A DNA stretch of 63,471 nt, the filler included, from Ministeria vibrans ATCC 50519 (Eukaryota > Protista > Filasterea): assembly GCA_943704425.1 (NCBI GenBank). It is 8 parts of 8 records of this genome, joined end to end, with 100 filler letters (N's around TTAATTAATTAA, not from the genome) between each part and the next. Parts side by side here need not be neighbours in the genome. Positions count along the whole stretch, not along the records: positions 1 to 12,238 come from CALSCP010000099.1; positions 12,339 to 19,967 come from CALSCP010002145.1; 6 more parts are not named here. One strand, 5' to 3'. The notes under the pieces are model-generated. The model ran no database searches and was not told the origin of the DNA. It worked only from the letters and a program-made list of their open reading frames with translations. This document shows positions 1-18,629 of the stretch, one piece after another. The position numbers were made by a program, and so were the translations under genes. Numbering within the stretch: the first letter of the stretch is position 1; the number at the start of each line of letters is the position of its first letter.

Positions 1-95
<95 letters not shown>
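1..95. repeat. (TC)n microsatellite
   Basis: Perfect TC dinucleotide run. Similar (TC/GA)n runs fill many introns (e.g. 3837-3952, 5446-5585, 26811-26980, 30363-30496, 39923-40105). Confidence 0.98.
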
Positions 96-99
<4 letters not shown>

Positions 100-128
100 T
101 TTGTTTTTCAAATGATCTGTGAGACGCT

Positions 129-6090
<5,962 letters not shown>

Positions 6091-6156
6091 TGCACTGCTG
6101 CTGCTGATACGAAAAGCACGCAAAACACTTAACATAGTCACTGGTGTTGGACGAAC

Positions 6157-8403
6157 ATGCGGCCAGAGGAATCAATAGAGAGTGCAGGCCTTAGCTGGCG
6201 CAAGGGTTGCTTGTCGATACCGAGAGCCTGAAAAAAATATAATTATGAAATTTCTTCTTTTCATAACCCGAGACTTCTTTGTTTGTTGTGCTGCAGTTTG
6301 ACGGACGTTGCGAATCATCGTACTACCACGTGAAAGCGCGAAAGAGCCTGAATTCGGCGGAGACATTTCGACTTGTCTGCCAGCACGGTGCAGCGTGGGT
6401 GAAGACCACCAACAAGCGCGAACTGCGACGTGAACTGGTGGAGCACGAAGCGCTGTCAGAGGAGGTGTGTGACGTGCTCTCGCAGACGGAGGCCACGTAC
6501 GAAAGCCTTCACTTTCGACAGAACGCTAAGTGCAACAGAAACAGTGAGAGGGGCTTTGGCATTGGTATTGTTTCTCAGCCCAAGTGTACTGTTGTCTCCC
6601 CCAAGTCTCAGGGTCGCTGTTACATTAACATTTTCAAGGTGATAATAATAATAATAATTAATTAATAACAATAATAATTATTATTATTTTTTCAATTGCT
6701 ATGATTGCATCTTAATTAGGACGACAGCTGTTGCTCCGGATCCTCCTGGCTTACCATCACAGTTAGAGTGTCGTTCGAGACGCACATCCCCGAATCGATG
6801 GTCATGTCATCGCAGGCTCTGGGAGTAGAGATGACAACGGGGAGGCAAGTGCCACTCATTGAGCAACACATGGTGTCCATGACGCGACCCGTCTACTTTG
6901 ATCCAAACGGAAATTTGCCAACGCGACCTTGGACTCCAGTTTGGAACATGGTGGTGCGTCGCGACGACAACACTGGGAAGGAGTTCTTGCAGTGGCATCC
7001 CGTTGCCACTCGACAACCTCTTGACATAGTGCTCGCCGTCATGTGGCAAGCGACACCTCGTGACGTTCGTGTCCACTCCGGCATCGTGCACCTCGGCGAG
7101 CCCCACCCGCGGTCGGTTGCGGCCTTGCAAACAACAACAGCAGCAGCAGCAGCGTCATCAGCGACATCATCGAGAGTACCCATGGCTGCTGCGCCACGTT
7201 CGCGTCGTCGTGCCACCAAACGCCGTCATCTCATGGTGTGCGACAACCTTGTTGATGGTGAGGGCAATGATGAGTCATCAAGCGACACCTCGGCGCACGA
7301 TGGCTCCTCCTCTTCGCCCTCCTTCTCGACTTGTTCCCCACCCTCCATCTCCTCGCCTCCCCTCCCCCCTTTACCCTACGTCCCTCCAGCTTTAACAACC
7401 TCTCAAGTCAATTACGGTCCACCCGCGCGTCACGCCCTTGGTTAGCAACAACACAACTGCAACAATTAATAATAATAATAATTATTATTATATTTTTGGT
7501 ATTCTTAATAACATTTTGCACATCCTCTTCCCCCGTTTTTAATTTGTAGAAAATGTTAAGCAGTTCAGTCTGATTGTGGTCAGGAATGCTACGGACTTGA
7601 ACAAGGATCAGGTTCGCACGCTGATCCTTCGTTTGGCATATAGCGGTTTCCACTTGCACGTCGTTTCGCCGAGTGGTCCACCTTCTTATGTTGTGGAGGC
7701 ACTCTCGCAACACTCTTCATCTTGTTGCTGGCAAACGACCGGACTAGCCGACGGCCAGATGCCGTCGCTTGCACTCCTTTCCCAGGCTCTTGCGTTGCTG
7801 AGCAATCAAGATCAAGAACGCGAGCCTCACATTGACGACCAGCTTCTCGTTGTGACGTGGGGTGAAGATACAACCAATAGTACCGTGTCCCTCGACTCCG
7901 ACCGATTGTCGCACACGGGACCCGAGTTCGAGAGTGCCAGCCAACGAGTGCGCCATTACATGCTGGACGAGTCGCTCTCAGTGGGCGCTCTTCTTGACGT
8001 ACTTGCCGGCAATAGAGGTCGCTGTCGACGTCGGTGGCACCACTGTCTCCTCGCTGTGGCCAGTGGTACAGCATCTACTTCACCCAGGGCTGGCAGGCCC
8101 GGCGAAACGTGGGGTGCCGGTACGCCCAGCTTTAATCCACACCGAGGCTGCCTCTCCGACCTGTTTCACTGCGATGACCAATTAGAAAGTTTGCGTGAGC
8201 GAGTGTTCGAGAGGGACGCATACCTCGTGATGATTGCCCCGGATCTGGTGTCGCGAATGGTCGATTCATTCATCCCCGAGAAGTGGCTGACCGCCACTGG
8301 TCTGGCCCGCGAAAATCAAGTGCCTCTGGTCTCAGCAACAATAGCAAGGCACAAGGGGACTCGCGAGCCCGACGAACTTGCTGATTGTGTCTTCTACTTT
8401 TGA
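6157..8403 (+). CDS. Hypothetical multi-exon protein
   Basis: GC-rich open exons (~6297-6638, 6720-7440, 7550-8403) separated by AT-rich GT-AG introns. No recognised domain; 5' end uncertain. Confidence 0.5.
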
Positions 8404-8690
8404 ACCCAAAAAGCCAACTTCAAGCCAACGTCTTCCTTTCGAGTTCCTTTCTTTCTTATTATTATTCCCTTCTCACTTCATTTATTCCGAAGTATTCATT
8501 ATTATTGAATTATTATTGTGCTGCTCTTTGGCGGCTTTGCTTTGCTTTGTATACTGTCTTGTTTTGACACTGGTCGTTAAGTACATTAGTGATTAGTACA
8601 GCTCTCTATTCTCCATTTAGCATACCATGTTTAACCTTGTGAGTAAATCGCTTTAGCTTCATTCTTTTTGGAAAATTATTCCCAACCGCA

Positions 8691-9566
8691 ATGGTGTTGG
8701 AAACATTCGCCAAAAAGTACTTGGACAAGTTTCTGGAGCCAGGCTACGAGCTGAACCTGGCCCTCTTGGGCGACCTTAAGCTCACTTGTGAAAATGTCGA
8801 GCTAAAAGTACGTTGGCTCTCGCTGCCCTCCCGACGCTCCCCTCTCCATCTCGTCGTCTGCCAACACGAGAAACAGTCCTAGTTTCAGTCACGCGCAAGA
8901 GAATTCCCCTCTCTCATTGCTTCTGTCGCCTCTAATTGTTTTTCTGTTTGTCTAAGGTTGCCGCCATTTACGAGCTTCTCAAGGACCTGCCACTGCGAGT
9001 CCGCCGGGCCCGCGTCAACCGGATCGTCATCAACCCGACCATCTTCACGCTCAATAACCTCTTCTCCCTCTCAGCACAGCCGCTCGTCGTCGAAGTGGAC
9101 GGTCTCGAAGTGGAGCTGTACGAACCAGCGCAGGTCGGGAAGCACAGCAGCGACGACGACACTGACAGCCATGATGGCGACGATGTTGACGAAGACACGA
9201 GCGACGGAGAAGAGGAGGAGGAGACGGCGGAGAAGACGAAGGAGGCGAATGAAGAGGCACACAGCACTGGGAAAGCTGAAACAAGGCAACTGGCAACTAA
9301 GACGGAGAAGCACGAGAAGATCATTGATGGCATCACATTCATCTTCACCAACATCCACGTTTCTCTTGCAACACAAGGGTATTTATGTACAAACAAACAA
9401 AACAACAAGACTCCTAACACCTTATTCAATGTTAGACCCACCAAACACCAAGTACCCAACGACTACTCGCCCGACGTGTTGCATGTGTGCATCTCGGAGC
9501 TTCGTTTCGAACAATGCGACAAAAACTTTGAGGTGGTTCCCTTGGGACAGGTACGGCGGACGTCCG

Positions 9567-9607
<41 letters not shown>

Positions 9608-12078
9608 GGTTTTGTTGTTGTGTGCACGCTGTCTAAACCATCATTATACTACTTTAGGTACAAGATTTCTCGATTGAGAAGGGTAAGTTCCTCTCGTTTC
9701 GTCGAGGACACGTCAACCTGTCGGTGTGGCTGACACGAGCGACCATTGCCGACGGCCTCTGCGTCGACACAGTTGGCGATTTTGCCACGTTCAACACCTC
9801 GACGTATGCGACGGCGAAGAAGCCGCGCGAGACCCGGACGTCGTCACGAACGATGCTGCTGGACCACACCAAGATTGACGTGACCATGACCATGGAGAAG
9901 ACGGGAAGCTGGACCAAGGACGGTCTTTCGGCCGTCACCGTGTTTGCCTTTGCCTTTCTTTTGCGCGACCCCGAGATCGAAGTGTCCTCGCGCAGTATAG
10001 CACACCTTGCCTACACCGCCAAGGCCATTGATTTGCTCGCCAAGCGGAGTAAACTCAGCAAGTCAGAGATGAGTGACCGTGCGGCGCGCCACAAAATGCA
10101 CGAGACGGACGCGAAGAAGGCGCAGGAAAAGAGTCTTATCGCGACACACGTTCAGTTTCGCATTGAGTGTCCGTCTCTATCGGTGCGCCTGCGCGAGGAC
10201 GTCACCGACTCCATGTTCTTTGACTGCGACTCATCCGACAGCAACAATTTCTCCTCGCACAGCGGCAACACCGAAACGGTCAGCCGCAACACGCATGCGC
10301 CTGGGGACGTAGGCGCAATCCGTCGCGAGAGCAGCAGCGCTCTATCGCGCTCTATCAAGCGCGAGGTTAGTGCTCCCGTGACTGCACGGGCAACCACGAG
10401 CAGTGTGTTGCGCACCGATTCGGTTGAACACACCGGTGTGGGGCTGGTGGTGCGCGCTGAGGGCGTCAACATTGTCGTTGATCTACCGCACGTTAACGAG
10501 CCCCTGGTGGTGGTGCAGGCGACCATCACGAGCCTGTCGGTGCATGAAGAGCATCATTTGGTCGACACACACGGCCAGTGTGGTATGCCCATGGTTGAAA
10601 CGGTGCCACTCATTCTTATTGCGCCTCAGCGCACCAACACCGCGTATGAAGTACAGCGTTTCTCCGTCAACTTCAGCGACACGGCCATTCCTCCATGCAC
10701 GACAAGCAACGCCTCCACCCGATTCACCACGAGCGCCGGCATCATCTTTGCCGCTCACATCCAAAAGAACTCGGTGGGCTCGCGCACGGACTGTCCGACT
10801 GTGCTCGTGGGGGCAGTCGGCGACTTTGACGTCTCTCTCATGCCCAAGAACATTGTGACGGTCGCGCGTCTTGTCACGCCTCTCATTGCGCGCATCACAG
10901 CCAGTCTCGAGATGGGCGAGCGCATGCCCAAGAGCTTTCATCTCAATGACAACGCCTACTACCGTCCGCTTGCGACCGACGTCAGTGATTTGCTCATGCT
11001 GCCGGCGGCGCAACGCCCCATCCTGAGCAAACCGACGCGAGTGCACGTCCAGATTGCGCGTGCGAAAGTGATGCTCTGGACCCAGTCCATTCCGGGACGG
11101 GGCGCCGCGAGTGTGTTGCTTGAACTTGACCGCGTAGACGCCGTTGTGCAGTGGAAGGTGGACGAGCAACTGTGCTCACGACTTGTGCGTGCGACCTCGG
11201 ACGACTGGGAAATTGTACAGATGCTACTCAAGTGTGAGCGAGTGCACAGCACGACGACACGCAAGACCGTGACGCTCAGTGCAGGACAAGGCAGCAGCGA
11301 CGACGAGGACAACAGCACCACCGAGAGTGCTGCAGACAAGGCGCCGCTGATTGAGGAGGAGGGTGCCGCGTCTCCGCTGTGTGGTGAGGCGCACACGAGC
11401 GCTCCTAAGACCCTGCTCACCATCACCGATCTTGATTTGAGCCTGCACCTGCCCATTGCTGATTCGGTCCGCGGCAAGGTGGTGCTGCGCGAGGCCTCTG
11501 TGTACCTTGGTGTGAATCGTCTCGCGGTCAATTGGGACGTTGAGGCAATGCTGCGCTTTGAAATGATCAGCTTCACCACGTCGCGTGCCGTCACGACGGT
11601 CAAGCAGATGCGACTGCCGCCCATTCTTGCCTCTCGTGGTGTTGCCGTTGATGTGCTGTCAGACACGGTGCAAAACAGCATCAAGTCGATCTCATCGCGC
11701 CTCGACTTTGGTCGTGGCATTGGAATGCGTCCTGTTGTTCGCAAACGCGAGCGCGCGCGTGCACCATTGTTTGCTGCAGAATCACCAGTGCAACGCTCCA
11801 ACTCACTGTTGCAAGGCCAATCGGGCGAGATCATCTTTAACGTGGTACCGCGCTCCATCGAACTCCACTTCAACTCCATCTCAGTGCGCGGCACTGTGCT
11901 TCCCGACCCACCATCTGAGCACCCGCGTGCCACCCTCACCCATGCTTCGCACGCCCTGCTCACCCCCTCCCTTGGTGACACCGTCGACCGACGCGACCCC
12001 TCCCTCAATCGCTATGTCGAGCTCTCCTTCACCGACGTCTCTCTTTTTGAGAAGCATTTTGCTCACGATCAAGATGGG
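8691..12078 (+). CDS. Chorein-N bridge-like lipid transfer protein (BLTP3/UHRF1BP1-like or VPS13 family), 3'-truncated by contig end
   Basis: N-terminus MVLETFAKKYLDKFLE...LTCENVELK|..LPLRVRRARV...PLVVEVDGLEVELYEP and KIIDGITFIFTNIHVSL match chorein-N. Long beta-rich downstream exon 9724-12078. Confidence 0.75.
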
Positions 12079-12104
12079 GTAAAATAATAATAATTCAGTC
12101 TAAC

Positions 12105-12238
<134 letters not shown>

Positions 12239-12338
12239 NNNNNNNNNNNNNNNNNNNNNNNNNNNNNNNNNNNNNNNNNNNNTTAATTAATTAANNNNNN
12301 NNNNNNNNNNNNNNNNNNNNNNNNNNNNNNNNNNNNNN
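12239..12338. other. Artificial contig spacer N44-TTAATTAATTAA-N44 (also 19968-20067, 40106-40205, 50406-50505, 55875-55974, 59429-59528, 62193-62292)
   Basis: Identical 100-nt N-padded linker with stops in all six frames, seen 7 times. Confidence 0.99.
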
Positions 12339-12437
12339 GTGCTTGTAAACGAGAATGAAGAAGAGATGTAACAATGGTGCAGACGAGACACACGCGCTCT
12401 CTATATCACATAAACTCTGCAACGAGCACACTTCACC

Positions 12438-12668
12438 GGGTTAGGGTTAGGGTTCGGGCCAGGCGTGTGGCCCGAGCTGTGCTGGAGCGCTTCAGTGAGA
12501 GCGAGCGTGTTCGTCTGAAGAAGATGGCGTTTGATATTGTTTTGCTTTTGTTTGTTATTATGACTTTTGATGTTGTGTATTTTGTTATAGTATTTGTTCT
12601 TTAGTGTTGCGTGTAGTATCCTCTTTTGTGTGTTTGTGTTTGATGTGTGTGTGTTGAGGATCGCGATG
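12438..12668 (-). mobile_element. Short remnant (leader plus telomeric repeats) related to the telomeric element at 18630-19895
   Basis: GGGTTAGGGTTAGGGTTCGGG at 12438-12458. 12565-12668 aligns with 19721-19822, and both end sharply at GAGGATCGCGATG. Confidence 0.65.
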
Positions 12669-13140
12669 CCTTGATGAGCTCGACTATTTCGGGGAGATGC
12701 TCTCCACCTCTGACAGACCGTACACGCTGCTGACAGCTCTTATCCATTTCGAGCTGCCCGGGACTCTGGATCATTGCGAGAAACGCACAGAGCTGCTCGT
12801 ATCGGCGGCCGCCCCAGTGCTTGAAGAATTCGGTCGTCGGCTCCATACGCAGATGAAAGCGCCACTTCATGCTCGCCACTGCATCCTGCATGCGGTCACA
12901 CTTGCTGACTCTCCCGTTCTCGATTCTCCTGCGAACCTCGTCCAAATTGTTGCTTTTCGGAGTCGCTGCCAGTCGAGACACGTCCCGTGTGTAATGCTGA
13001 AGCTCCTCGGCGCGCACATACAACTTCATAGCACTCTTGGCCCCCTCGCTGTCTACTCCACTGCAGCCATAGACTATTTCGACACCGGACTGAGCGAGCT
13101 GCGTCAGGAGTAGCGGACGAAATGAACCTCGTACCTCGCT
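12669..13140 (-). pseudogene. Coding-like fragment of unknown family, cut by the element leader
   Basis: About 155 open codons (...MKLYVRAEELQHY...HLPEIVELIKA) run directly into the repeated leader sequence. Confidence 0.35.
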
Positions 13141-13443
13141 CTAATATTCACGATATTTTCAATAGGACGCTCTAATGAGAGAGTGAGGGTCACTTCGACG
13201 AAATCGGTTCTTGGACGCAAACGTCTCAGCCTGGTTGACGACAGCGACCGCAGCAAGAGCGCCCATGGAAATTATTTTGGTTTTTTGGAAGAAAAAAGGA
13301 GTCCCCCTGGGGCCATTATAATAAATCTAATAATAATAAAAATAATTATTATAATAATTATAATAATAATTATTATTATTATTATTATTATTATTAATTT
13401 TTATTTAATATTCTTTTCACTCTTCTTCATTCAATTCACCACA

Positions 13444-16400
13444 ATGAAGAATTCGCCTCTTCCCTGGCTTATTGGTATGTTTATCGTGCAGCAACCCTTG
13501 GGTTCGTGATAGGCGCTTTAACGTCTCGCCTTCGTGACAATTCCAAAAATTTCTATTTCACTGTTTCCTTGCCCTTGCTTGGACTACAACGAAAGGAAAT
13601 GGATACCCCCACCACTGCAAAGACGTATTAAACGTTCCACTTATCACTATCAGGGAGCTTGGCAACTCACATGGTGAGAGAAGAGCAATGGATCGCCAAA
13701 AAAACGAAAACAGATCGCCAAAAAAAAGATCCCAAAAAAGAACAGAGAAAAAAATCGCTTGACGAAGATTCCCGTATATGTAACAACTGTCCAATGACCT
13801 CCCCCTGGGCCCCATGGCTTATTAGATGACTCCTACTGTCGCAAGTCCACGGGCACGACTCGATTTTTTTGTGGTTTCGTCTCTTTGTTGTTTTTCGTCT
13901 TTAACGATTGCTTCGCTGTCACGCGCGTATGATTGCTTCGCCGTCACGCGCGTATGCATCGAATACGAATCCAATACGCCTTTTCAGGCGTTGTGACCAC
14001 CGATTCGTTATCGATAGGTCATAGGGATACTCTTTCAAGCGTTTATATGCCTTGATAATTGTGGTGTAATTGCTATAATTGACACACCATTGAGACACAA
14101 TTAATTATTATTGTTAATTATTATCCTTGCCAAGAAGGGTGTTATGGATCACGTCAATGAGTGAGTTCAATGCCCTTCCCTTTATGTGCTACATTGCTGT
14201 AATGTCTGCTCCTGTGCCCGTAGCGAATCAAATGAGCCTCGACCATCGCAAGTTACGGGCAAGAAAATTACTGTGGTTTTTTTTTCTTCTTTTGTTTTTT
14301 GCAATCTACTCCTCACGATCCATGGGCCATCCCTTACCAAAACCGTCAAGTAGTTGAGTGAGTACCTAGCAAGGTTTCTTTCATCCCGTATTTGGGAGTC
14401 TTCCACACCCAGATGATTGCCACTGGCAATACAGAAGTTCTACAGAAGTTCTACAAAAACGCAATACCCATGATTTCTCATCCTCCTGCCCGTAGGCGCC
14501 TTCTTACTGATGCTCTGCGCCCCGAAGCCAGCAGCAGCCGTTGACAAGTGCCCATTTAAATGCTTTAATGGGGGAACGCGCAATGCTCCCGAGTACACGA
14601 TGGCACTGTGGATCAATGAGTTGCACTACTCAAACGATTTCAGCGACAGCAATCAAGGCGTGGAAATTGCCGGCCCTGCCAATTTTGCACTTGATCGGTT
14701 CGAATTACTTCGCGTTTCCTTTGACGGAAACACGACCCCAGACACGAATGGACGGGTAATAGGAAGCAATCTTTGTACTTTTTTAAAAGGTGTGAGTCTA
14801 TATAACCAACGTATCCTCGCACCCCATAGTTTTTTGGGACTGTGACGCAGACTGTCGATCTCGCTGGCACGACACTCAACGCCGATGGGTTTCTATTCAA
14901 TTCGATTGCCCTCGGGAACGGTCCACGGGATGGAATAATGTTGGTGGACAAGGCACGTCTGCACTTTCCGCATTTCATTTCTTGGGAAGGGAATGTATCG
15001 GTCATCGTTGACTTAGAAACCTACGATAGTGTTGACGTTGGCGTGACCGAAACTGATTTTACCATTTGCTTTGTGGGCACTGGTTGCCGGACCAGTACAA
15101 CGGACTCGATCCAGCTACAAGGTACCGGGTCGTACTACGGCGACTTTGTCTATGTTAGAGACATCACGCGTACTCCGGATGCGGTCAACGACGCCCAAAC
15201 AGTGAATGGGTATTGCACGTGTGCAGCCGGATGGACAGGATCACTCTGCGACGTCAGTGTGGATGACTGCGCTTCGACCCCATGCTACCACGGCGCTACC
15301 TGCACTGATGGACACCTAACGTTCACATGCGAATGCAAGCCCGGCTTCACCGGCACATCCTGTCAGTCCATGGGATGTGGAAACGGGGTTTCACAAAACA
15401 TTGCCAATCCTGGTGAGTCGTTCGCAAGCTCCACACGGAGGGTTGAAATTAATACTAATAATAATAATAATAATATTGTGATGCAGGTTTGATGATCTGG
15501 ATTAACGAGTTTCACTACTCGGACGGTGGCAACGATGGAAACGAAGGTTTCGAAATCGCAGGTAGGAAGGAAACAAGTATAATTAGAACGAGAATAGCTG
15601 CACGAAAAAATACAAAAATTAACATCATGAAAATGTAGCGCTGTTATTATTTTAGACGTGGTATCTAATGATAATTAAATTAACAGGACGTATTCTTTTC
15701 TCTATCAACAAAAATAGGTCCGGCGGGTTTTGACCTGACCGAGTTCAAGGTGATTGCGATAGAATCGCCGGGATCGCCAGTTGCCAATGGTGAGGGCAAA
15801 TTTATCGGAACTGCCGGTCAAGTTTTCCAGTTGGCGAACGACATTATCGACGATGAAGGTACGCCAAATTATTGTGCAATTGCTATTAAGACGTATTTCT
15901 GATTATTTGTGAGGGTTCATCACCCGAAGAAAAAATCCTGTTCTACACGAAATCCATGTTGTTTACACGCCTTTTTGCAAAAACGCATAATTGTTTGCGT
16001 AGGAAGTGGCTTCGGTGCCATTTGGCAAACCGATGCGAACAACCAGAACGGCCCTCGTGATGGGTATGAATTTTCAGTCACATCCTTCTGTTTACTCGCG
16101 CCACCGCCTCCTTATCGTATTTTGTGTATTGTTCCTGTCTTAGATACATTCTCATCGATGACGACGAGATCCTGACTCCACTCTTCATCTCTTACGAGGG
16201 TGTGGTATCCTACGAAATCGGCGGTGTTCTCTATGACAGTATCGATGTGGGTGTGGAAGAAGGCGAAGGTACAGCCTGAAAGTATCGCCTCTCGATGTCT
16301 TCCTTTGTAATCTTTTTATTTCTGCGTAGGCGTGAGCACAATCTCATTGCAGCTCAATGGAACCGGCAATGAGTATGCCGAATTCATGTGGATTGGACCT

Positions 16401-18055
16401 GTGGATCACTCACGGGGCACCATCAACTCGGGACAAGTTGTCGAGGCGATGTGTTTGTGCGATGCTGGGTACACCGGCTCAATGTGCCAAACCAACATCG
16501 ACGATTGTGCCAGCAACCCGTGTACTCACGGTGGAACCTGTGTTGACGGCCTCCAATCGTATGAGTGCGTGTGTGCAACCGGATTTATCGGAACTCATTG
16601 CGAGTCGATGGGTTGTCTCAATGGTGGCACAGCGATCACCCCAGGGGCTCTTCCGATATGGATAAACGAGATTCACTACTCCGACTCTGGCGATGATGGC
16701 AATGAAGGTATCATAGTTGGTAAAAAGAAGGCAGTCGACACTTAATTTTGCTGCTTTTTTCTTCCTGTGCAGGTGTGGAAGTGGCGGGACCGATTGGCTT
16801 TGACCTTAGCCAGTACGATACCTACACTTATTCCCTTATCATCTGATTTCTTTGTCCAGCGTTCTTATACTCATGTGATCTTTCCACAATTTACACCAAT
16901 CTAATCTGTCATAGATTCAAGCTGATCGAAATTGAATCGCCCACGACACCCGTCATTGACCAAACGACGGGATTGTACCTCGGCACAGCTGGGACAGAGT
17001 TCGCCATGAATGAAGAGATCGACGACGACGGCTCTCATCCAACCTGGGGCGCGCGGTTCTACAACAATGCCAACAATGGAAACGGACCACGCGATGGCTA
17101 CCTGCTCATTGACGACGACGAGATCTTGCCCCCGCACTTCATCTCGTATGAAGGCGTCGTGTCGTTTGTTCTCAACGGTGTCACCTACAACTCCACCGAC
17201 ATAGGCGTGTCGGAGGGCGAGGGTTCTTCTGCGGAATCTCTTCAACTGACCGGGACCGGGTCATCTTATCCCGATTTCACATGGATAGGTCCTGTCACAC
17301 ATTCTCGCGGCGTTATCAACTCCGGTCAGACCATCACCGATTTCTGCACTTGTGCCGCTGGCTTTACTGGCGTTCTCTGCGAGCAGGAGGTAGATGACTG
17401 CGAGTCGAACCCATGCCAGAACGGAGGGACATGTACTGATGGCCTTGACTCGTACGTTTGCACCTGCCTCCTCTGCTACACTGGAACCCACTGTGAGTAC
17501 AGCGCACCCTGCAATTCCTCGCCATGCCAGAATGGTGGCACTTGCGTTGATAGTGGTGCGAGCTACTCATGCATGTGCACGAGTTCATACTCAGGTGACG
17601 CATGCGAAACGGCAGAGGAGCAGTCAGCTTGGATCGAGAGGTCAGTACCATTTTCACTATGAATTAACAATGATAAGAAGGAGTGACATCATTTGTGTGG
17701 TGGTATTTGCAAACGTAGGGTGACATTCTACTGTACCGGTACCGACCTGGTTCTCGCTACTGGTCTTGCCGGATCAGCCACCAGCTTTCAGCGTAACAGG
17801 TGCCTCCTGCTTGGTTCTCAGTCTCACCTGTGCACATTTCATGTGTACATGGCCGAGGGGGAGACTCGCCGCGAGACAATTGTCGTTGGTGGCATTGGCA
17901 GTATCCATATGAAGTTTCAAGGCGGCGCAACGCGCACCATAGGAACAACCGTCGACGGCGTTGACCTCACGCTTGACATGGTTGGTGACATTGTCACTGT
18001 TGGACCAACGCAATGCACTGTCCTTCAGTCTTACGTCACGCAGATAGTGCTTTAA
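13444..18055 (+). CDS. Secreted protein with three lamin-tail-like (LTD-like) domains inserted in EGF modules, plus calcium-binding-type EGF repeats
   Basis: Signal peptide [10 protein letters not shown]|[15 protein letters not shown] spans intron 13475-14495. Three repeats of WINE[L/F/I]HYS..EIAGP..NGPRDG..FIS[W/Y]EG..D[V/I]GV.E..LQL.GTG. EGFs [61 protein letters not shown] introns. Confidence 0.85.
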
Positions 18056-18629
18056 TAGCCATGCCCGAAGAGTAGAGGAGGGGTAGAATGAGAGAAAGAG
18101 AGAAAAGGAAGAAAGAGAGAAAAAGAAAAAGAAAACAAAACGTGATAGAGAGAGAGGGAGGAGAAGGAAACAAAAGTCCAAGAGAGTGAGAAAAAAAGAA
18201 AAAAAAGGGATGAAGAGAGGAGGGAAAGAAACAAAATGATAGAGAGAGATTGGAAAAAGAGTGGGCATGACGTATTTCTCAATACAAAAGGAAATCTCGT
18301 TTGTGTTCTCTCCATATTGCGTATTTTCGCCTCGCATCTAAAACAGTTTGTAGAGGTTGACATGGATGTACTCTGTACGCTGTAATTCGTATAATTATAT
18401 TTGAATAATAATTATTGTACTACGTCTCCTACTATTATTCACAAACCCGGCAATTTCCTTCATTTCACAACATCAAACATCACTCTTTCCGCTTTGTACG
18501 GTTCAAACATCATCGTAGGGCGATCGTCCCATCGCTGACAGCCCTCCAATTTTGCATACCCTCCTCCAATCGAGTCGTCCCTCCGCCCACAACGACGTCC
18601 GCCACAAGGTAGTTCGACGGCACCAACCC

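Noticed and set aside
12283-12294. Palindromic TTAATTAATTAA repeated seven times
   Set aside because: Always centred in 100-nt N spacers; an artificial six-frame-stop linker, not biology.
13165-13225. Hammerhead-like string (CTAATGA...GAAA) near the element remnant
   Set aside because: Core deviates from CTGANGA, and stems I and III could not be formed convincingly.
13905-13957. Short tandem duplications (about 25 bp here; 11 bp at ~14431; 24 bp at ~35587)
   Set aside because: Two-copy slippage duplications with no further structure.
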